Shown piece by piece: positions 58,356-64,000 of a stretch of DNA of 64,000 bases. The DNA comes from a virus (lineage: Duplodnaviria > Caudoviricetes): the IMG/VR virus record IMGVR_UViG_3300037067_017690, positions 1 to 64,000 of that record; one strand, 5' to 3'. Position 1 is the first letter of the stretch. Each line of letters begins with the position of its first letter. The notes under the pieces were generated by a model. It was not told the origin of the DNA. It saw nothing but the letters and a program-made list of their open reading frames with translations, and made no database searches. The position numbers and the translations under genes were made by a program.

Positions 58356-58703
58356 GTGCAGAACATTTTACAAGAAATTATATGTGAAACATATGAAAAA
58401 GAATTTCGAAGAAATCCTGAAAAAGTTGCGATGTTAATTCCATTTATACTAAAAAACAAAAAACGTATAGAACTTTTATTGATATGGGAAGGATATGTAG
58501 GAATTTTTGTAAATAATAATGGAAAATGGACTTGTTTAAGTTGTCATGATTCTTGTTGGAGAGAAGATGGCGTAAATCGTTTCTTGTCAGAATATATTGA
58601 TCAATTGTTGCATATAGATTTTACTTGTGGTTGGTATGGAAAGATCAAAATTTCAGAAATTGATGAAACATTAAGAAAAATAGAACGTGAACGCAATTCA
58701 TAA
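58356..58703 (+). CDS. Hypothetical protein
   Basis: GTG start after AAGGA; 115 aa. Confidence 0.5.
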   Translation: MQNILQEIICETYEKEFRRNPEKVAMLIPFILKNKKRIELLLIWEGYVGIFVNNNGKWTCLSCHDSCWREDGVNRFLSEYIDQLLHIDFTCGWYGKIKISEIDETLRKIERERNS

Positions 58704-58713
58704 AGGAATAAAA

Positions 58714-59526
58714 ATGACTAAAGATTTATTTGGTGATAGAATGAAAATGTATGAAACTTTAGACCCTAAAACTAAATTTATGCCTTTATTGCCAATTTGT
58801 GTACGATTGGATGGTAAAACTTTTCATTCATGGACAAAAGGATTAAAAACTCCTTATGATGATGATTTCAGAAATTGCATGGTTGAAACAACAAAATTCT
58901 TGGTAGATGAAACTGCTGCCGTAATGGGTTATACACAATCAGATGAAATAAGTTTGATTCTTTATTCTGATAGTTGCGAAAAACAAGTATATTTTGAAGG
59001 AAAAGTTAAGAAAATAATCAGTGTAATTTCAAGTCTTTGCACGGCTAAATTTAATGAAATTTCTAAAAAAGTATTTCCGAATAAGCCTTTAGCATTTTTT
59101 GATTGTAGAGCTTGGCAAGTTCCGAATCTTATTGAGACTGTCAATGTATTATTGTGGAGAGAATTAGATGCTACAAAAAATAGTGTAACTATGGCGGCAT
59201 CTTGTTATTATTCACACAAGGAATTAATGAACCAAGGGAATGCGGATAAACTAGAAATGTTGCATAAAAAAGGTGTGAATTGGAATGATTATCCTACGTA
59301 TTTTAAAAGAGGTGCATACGTAGCCAGAAGAAAAATTCTTAGGGAATTATCTGAAGAAGAAAGGATGAAAATTCCTGAACAACATAGACCAGCTAAAGAT
59401 TTAAAGGTTTCAAGAACTACTGTTATGGTATTAGAACTTCCTCCTTTACTAAAAATTAAAAACAGAGTAGAAGTAATTTTCAATGGGGGTCCAATTATTT
59501 TGGAAAGTGAATCACAAATGATTTGA
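58714..59526 (+). CDS. tRNA(His) guanylyltransferase Thg1-like protein; 3' end altered by IS607 insertion
   Basis: VRLDGKTFH, YTQSDEISL, AFFDCR, WRE.DA..NS, GVNWNDYP..FKRG. Confidence 0.92.
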   Translation: MTKDLFGDRMKMYETLDPKTKFMPLLPICVRLDGKTFHSWTKGLKTPYDDDFRNCMVETTKFLVDETAAVMGYTQSDEISLILYSDSCEKQVYFEGKVKKIISVISSLCTAKFNEISKKVFPNKPLAFFDCRAWQVPNLIETVNVLLWRELDATKNSVTMAASCYYSHKELMNQGNADKLEMLHKKGVNWNDYPTYFKRGAYVARRKILRELSEEERMKIPEQHRPAKDLKVSRTTVMVLELPPLLKIKNRVEVIFNGGPIILESESQMI

Positions 59527-59553
59527 AATTTTTATAAAAAGATATAAAAATCC

Positions 59554-60807
59554 TCATATACAAATCAATTTCGAATTTTGATTCATATACATTTCAAGAA
59601 AATTGGTCAGAATTTCTGACCAATTTTCTACTTGGGTAAACCATTTACCCATAATTCTTTTAGCAATATTTATTGCTGAATTTAAATCTCTGTCAATTTC
59701 TATAAATTTATTCAATCTTACTCTTCTTATACTCAAATCAGAATTAAATTCTCTCTTTCCTGTTAAACAATTCTCTTGTGAAGTGTAAGCTTCATTTACT
59801 TTATAAAAATCTAATCCTAGATTCTTAGCTTTATATTCTAAAAATCCTTTAAATCTACTCAATGTTCCTCTGTTCTGAGTTGATTTATTCTTACCTCTCT
59901 CTTGTGGGCTCCTTCCTCTTGTTACTAATTTCTTTGTTTTAATATCACCAACTATTAAACATCCAATATTATTTCCCGTACAAATATCAATTATTTCTCT
60001 AGATGCTTTGTGTTGAAAATCCTTGTTCTTATTAGTTATTTTTCTTGAAATCTTATTAAATCTATTCTTTATCTTCTTCCAATTATTACTAAATTTCTTT
60101 TTGATGTCTATTTTCGATTGAAGAAGACCTTTTCTTTTTTCTAATTTTTTAAATTGATTATTTTTGATTGAGAAACATTTACCAACATTTGAGAAACATT
60201 TACCAACATTTGAGAAACAAGTAGCTATTTGAGAACACCCTAAATCAATTGAAAGAAAATTATCTTTTGATAAGATTAGATTTGATGGTTGTTCAGAATA
60301 CACAAAGATAATAAAATATTTATCATCTTCTTTTTTAAAAGTAATAGTTTTTATAGTGGAATCATTAATCTCATATTTAGAAAATATTTCTGGAAGATCA
60401 ATAATTAATTTATTTTTAATGGAATTTAGATTGAGTTCTAATTGATTATTATTTATTTTGAACCCACCATTTCCTTGATTGAAATCTAACATAAATGAAG
60501 TGAAATATTTCCAACTTTTGAATTTATGAGGAAATTTAGCAGTAGAATTTTTCTTTTTGTTTAGAGCAAAGAATGATTTGATATTATTAATGAGAGTTCT
60601 GCAAGTATTTTGAGCAGATTTAGAATTGATCGTAAGATTGTTTAAATTTCTATAATTTTTATAAAATTGATTTAAATCTTTAGATTGCAATCCTTTACGA
60701 GCTTGTTCTAATAATTGATTATAAAGAATTCTATGTTCATTACTAAGAGTATTTATTTTGATCTCTTGTAAATAATTTGGGAATATTCTAATTTTTAATG
60801 ATTTCAT
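59554..60807 (-). CDS. tnpB: TnpB of IS607
   Basis: KSLKIRIFP, SIDLG, IVGD, NEAYTSQ, IDRDLNSAINI; start reassigned to MKSLK. Confidence 0.88.
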   Translation of the reverse strand: MKSLKIRIFPNYLQEIKINTLSNEHRILYNQLLEQARKGLQSKDLNQFYKNYRNLNNLTINSKSAQNTCRTLINNIKSFFALNKKKNSTAKFPHKFKSWKYFTSFMLDFNQGNGGFKINNNQLELNLNSIKNKLIIDLPEIFSKYEINDSTIKTITFKKEDDKYFIIFVYSEQPSNLILSKDNFLSIDLGCSQIATCFSNVGKCFSNVGKCFSIKNNQFKKLEKRKGLLQSKIDIKKKFSNNWKKIKNRFNKISRKITNKNKDFQHKASREIIDICTGNNIGCLIVGDIKTKKLVTRGRSPQERGKNKSTQNRGTLSRFKGFLEYKAKNLGLDFYKVNEAYTSQENCLTGKREFNSDLSIRRVRLNKFIEIDRDLNSAINIAKRIMGKWFTQVENWSEILTNFLEMYMNQNSKLICI

Positions 60808-61411
60808 CTTTAATTTCTCGAAGATTATCTTCTGTTTTTTTAATCTTGTTTTTATAAGATCTTTTTCCATATAATTTCATTGAAAAATAATGAACAATTG
60901 AAATAAGATCTTCAGCAAATTCTTGTTGTTCTGTTTTATTTTCACTTTTATCTAAAATGATTATTTCAGAATTATTTTCTCTTGCCAATTTTTCAAAAAA
61001 TTCAAATCCAAATCTTACTAACCGATCTTTATAGAAGATAATCAATTTTTCTATAGAATTTGTAAGAAAATATTTAATTAATTTTTGAAGACCTTGTCTG
61101 TTATAATTTAATGCAGAACCAAATTCAGAAATGACTTCATCAATTTGAATCCCATTTTTGAAACAAAATTCTTTGATTTTAGATTCTTGACCAATTAAAC
61201 CAGATTTTTGTTGTTTAGTAGATTCTCTGCAATAAATCACATTTAATCTTTTTGAAGTTTTGATTCCTTTGATTTTGAGTAAATGTTCATCTGTATATCT
61301 TCTATGTTTAGAATTTAATTTTATAGGAACTAATTTTTGATTTTTATCCCAATTCCTAAGAGTTTGTTTAGTAACATTTATTAATTTAGAGAATTCATTT
61401 ATTGTATACAT
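60788..61411 (-). CDS. tnpA: IS607 transposase (MerR-like HTH + serine recombinase)
   Basis: TKQTLRNWD, HRRY, IYCRES, DRLVRFGFE, FSMKLYGKRS. Confidence 0.93.
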   Translation of the reverse strand: MYTINEFSKLINVTKQTLRNWDKNQKLVPIKLNSKHRRYTDEHLLKIKGIKTSKRLNVIYCRESTKQQKSGLIGQESKIKEFCFKNGIQIDEVISEFGSALNYNRQGLQKLIKYFLTNSIEKLIIFYKDRLVRFGFEFFEKLARENNSEIIILDKSENKTEQQEFAEDLISIVHYFSMKLYGKRSYKNKIKKTEDNLREIKDEIIKN

Positions 61412-61525
61412 ATAAGAATTATTATAATCCTTATATTATTTTATAATATAAATAAATATTAATGGTCATAATTTATCAGAACAGTTTGAATTAGTTAAAA
61501 TATAGTCTGGGCGTAAAATTATTAC

Positions 61526-62383
61526 ATGATAAATTATGGATTATTACCAGATAAAGAAGATCCAAGAGATTTTTTATTTTTACAAGCTCCTGTAAAAAAT
61601 AAAGAAATGCCTAATTCTATTGATTTAAGAAATTTGCAAGGTCCAATTACTGATCAAGGACATTTAGGCGCATGTACTGGTCATGCATTAGCAGGATTAA
61701 GAACTTATCTTGAACGAAAATCTCCATCATTTATTGATGGAAAAGCCGGAAAAGAAAATATTAATATTAATATTAATACATGTCCTGAAAGATCTATATG
61801 GGGAAATATTAAAAATTATGTAAATTCTTTATTTGTAAGTCGAAAAGTTGAACAATATTCTCCATTATTTATTTATTATGAAATAAGAAGAAAAGAAGGT
61901 ACTCTTGATAGAGATTCCGGTGGAACAATTAGAACTGGCATGAAAATCTTAAATAGTGTAGGAGCATGTTCGGAAAAAATTTGGCCATACAAAATTCGTA
62001 ATTTCAATATTGAACCTCCTCGGAAAGCATATAGAACTGCTCGTAAAAATCAGGTACTTAGTTATTATCGCATTACTGATGAAAATAAAATTCAACATAT
62101 GAAAATCGCATTATCAAATAAATTAGGGATTGTTGGTGGATTAATGATTCATACTAATTTTTATAATGTAAGTAGTGAAGGATTTATTAGAGATTTAAAT
62201 TCAAAAGATAGTCAAATTGGAGGGCATGCCATTTTATTTTGTGGGTTTAATGATTTATTAAAATGTTTTATTATTAGAAATAGTTGGGGAACTAATTGGG
62301 GGAAAAAAGGGTATGCGTTCATAAGTTATGATTATGTAGAAAAATATAGTGTGGATTTGTGGGTAGCTAATGAATGGGAGTGA
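61526..62383 (+). CDS. Papain-family (C1) cysteine protease
   Basis: DQGHLGACT, SPLFIYY, GGHAI, IRNSWG..WG..GY. Confidence 0.9.
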   Translation: MINYGLLPDKEDPRDFLFLQAPVKNKEMPNSIDLRNLQGPITDQGHLGACTGHALAGLRTYLERKSPSFIDGKAGKENINININTCPERSIWGNIKNYVNSLFVSRKVEQYSPLFIYYEIRRKEGTLDRDSGGTIRTGMKILNSVGACSEKIWPYKIRNFNIEPPRKAYRTARKNQVLSYYRITDENKIQHMKIALSNKLGIVGGLMIHTNFYNVSSEGFIRDLNSKDSQIGGHAILFCGFNDLLKCFIIRNSWGTNWGKKGYAFISYDYVEKYSVDLWVANEWE

Positions 62384-62426
62384 AAAAAATTATTAAAAAC
62401 ACCAGTGAGTCAGGTATAGTTAATCA

Positions 62427-62801
62427 ATGGAAACAATTAGCAAAAAAGTAAAAATTTATTTTAAAATGTTTGAAAATGTTGCATCTTTAAAACAAGAGAT
62501 TAAAAATTCATTTAACATTTTTGATACAGATATTTATTTTACAAATTGTGCATTTCTGTTTACTGACAATAAAGAAGTTCTTCAAAAAATAATATTTGGT
62601 ATTTTAGATTCAATTCTCATGGATTGCAAAATTGGAAAATTAGATTTTGTAGAAGCAACTATAAATAAAGAAAAACGAGATGAAAAAGGTAATTTTATAT
62701 TTGTTGATAAAGCAAAAATAGATCTTCATTTAGTTCGTTGTTATATTGGCACTCGTGAAGATTTTATGGAAAAGTATAATCATTTAGAAAATCTAGAGTA
62801 G
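62427..62801 (+). CDS. Hypothetical protein
   Basis: ORF preceded by GG-TATAGT-N6-ATG. Confidence 0.6.
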   Translation: METISKKVKIYFKMFENVASLKQEIKNSFNIFDTDIYFTNCAFLFTDNKEVLQKIIFGILDSILMDCKIGKLDFVEATINKEKRDEKGNFIFVDKAKIDLHLVRCYIGTREDFMEKYNHLENLE

Positions 62802-62811
62802 GAGTAATTTT

Positions 62812-63870
62812 ATGTTCAATTATAAATTGGAAAATTCTGAATCATCTCAAATTTATGATTATATTGTATTCAATGATGATCTTCCATGTTTTATTATTTC
62901 TTATGACCAAGGAAAAAAAAATGCAAGATATTATGATTGGGGAAGAAATCTTATTTTTATTGAAAATAATGATGCATTTTCAATTCGCCAATTAATCAAA
63001 ATATTTAATGGAGAAAATGATGAGTTTATAAAAGAAGTTGAAAAAGAATCAAAAATCCTTCGAACTAATGAAGATTTTATTCATTACTTCTTATACAAGA
63101 AAATATTTAATCAGCCATTTGAAAAGAAATGTTCGCTGTTAGAATTATCTTCTGAAATTACAGAATTGGCTCATAAATATTTTTCAGAGATTTCTATGTT
63201 GTCTGAAGTTACATTTAAACTTGATCCTACTGGTCCATATAAAATTTTATCTAATTTGGACGAAATGGAGAAAGAAATAATTTTGGATATCGCACGAACA
63301 TTAGGGAAGGAAGATTTTAAAATACCAAATTCAGATATTGTTTTTGTTGGAACTGGAACAAAACCTTTTGTCCATTTTAAATTTCCGGGAATTAATCATT
63401 TAAATGCACTTATAGGCTTAGAAGTCTATAATAAGGATTTCAATTTATCTTTTGATTTATCTGTAAAACAAATTGAAACAGAAATAGATCCGGAAGAACT
63501 TGAAGAAAAGGAATCACCATCATCAGAAATTGTTGTTGATGAAAAATATTCAGCCACATTAGCACAAGGAATTTCAACAATTAAAATTCAACAAGATTTA
63601 AAAAATAATTACGAATTGCGTAGTTTTGTGATTATGGATATTATAGAAGAATTATCTAATGAAATAAAATTAATTGTAATGGCAAATTCGAAAGATAGTT
63701 GTATTAAATTTTTAAAAGAAGAAAAAATTCCATATACTAATATCTATGAAGTTAAAGATGTTGTGAATACTTCTGAAATTAAAGACTTCATTTCTTATCC
63801 ATTTAAATTAGTTGATTTTACAAAATTTTACGATTTTATCAAAAGATTAGAACGAACTCCAAAAATCTAA
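62812..63870 (+). CDS. Hypothetical protein
   Basis: 352-aa ORF with AGGAG SD. Confidence 0.7.
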   Translation: MFNYKLENSESSQIYDYIVFNDDLPCFIISYDQGKKNARYYDWGRNLIFIENNDAFSIRQLIKIFNGENDEFIKEVEKESKILRTNEDFIHYFLYKKIFNQPFEKKCSLLELSSEITELAHKYFSEISMLSEVTFKLDPTGPYKILSNLDEMEKEIILDIARTLGKEDFKIPNSDIVFVGTGTKPFVHFKFPGINHLNALIGLEVYNKDFNLSFDLSVKQIETEIDPEELEEKESPSSEIVVDEKYSATLAQGISTIKIQQDLKNNYELRSFVIMDIIEELSNEIKLIVMANSKDSCIKFLKEEKIPYTNIYEVKDVVNTSEIKDFISYPFKLVDFTKFYDFIKRLERTPKI

Positions 63871-64000
63871 AGAATTCTCTTTACTTACTAATTTTGAGGT
63901 ATAAATCTTTACGATTCAACTTTTAGACTCTATTTCTCTTTACAATATTATCATAATGGTGAAGTTGTTAAAAATATTGAAATAAAATAATCTTTACAAA

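Larger units (their letters stand above)
59518..61469 (-). mobile_element. IS607-family element (tnpA + tnpB)
   Basis: Overlapping serine-recombinase tnpA and tnpB; ends defined by match to the mini-element; AT dinucleotide at both boundaries. Confidence 0.88.

Noticed and set aside
1093-59788. Numerous 60-110 aa ORFs nested in or antisense to longer genes in the ORF track
   Set aside because: They overlap well-supported genes, lack start signals, and have compositions expected of off-frame AT-rich sequence.

Overview
Strongly AT-rich segment of a large, jumbo-like contractile-tailed phage genome, standard genetic code. It contains a scattered virion module: neck/tail-completion genes, tail sheath and tube, a -1 frameshifted tail-assembly chaperone pair, baseplate and fibre proteins, then terminase, portal, prohead protease, scaffold, head decoration and major capsid. 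Host-like genes include a receiver-only response regulator, a ferritin-like protein, an acyl carrier protein, peptide deformylase, Thg1 and a C1 cysteine protease. It also holds the N-terminal half of a split DnaE and five IS200/IS605/IS607-derived loci. Main leads: (1) about a dozen unrelated proteins, including the ferritin, share an amphipathic N-terminal leader ending in K/R-x-A, a motif also reiterated in scaffold, capsid, protease and portal, suggesting a capsid cargo-targeting and maturation-cleavage system; (2) a 250-bp protein-free mini-IS607 keeps both ends and the omegaRNA-like scaffold of the intact IS607, interrupts a nuclease gene, and shares an AAATT-AT target site with the full element; (3) two repeat-array nucleases carry different C-terminal DNA-modifying domains; (4) DnaE ends in a half-Hint module; (5) a TAnnnT-N6-ATG leaderless promoter pattern recurs; (6) there is an unassigned pseudoknotted ncRNA. 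All calls come from reading motifs by eye; no database search or folding program was run.
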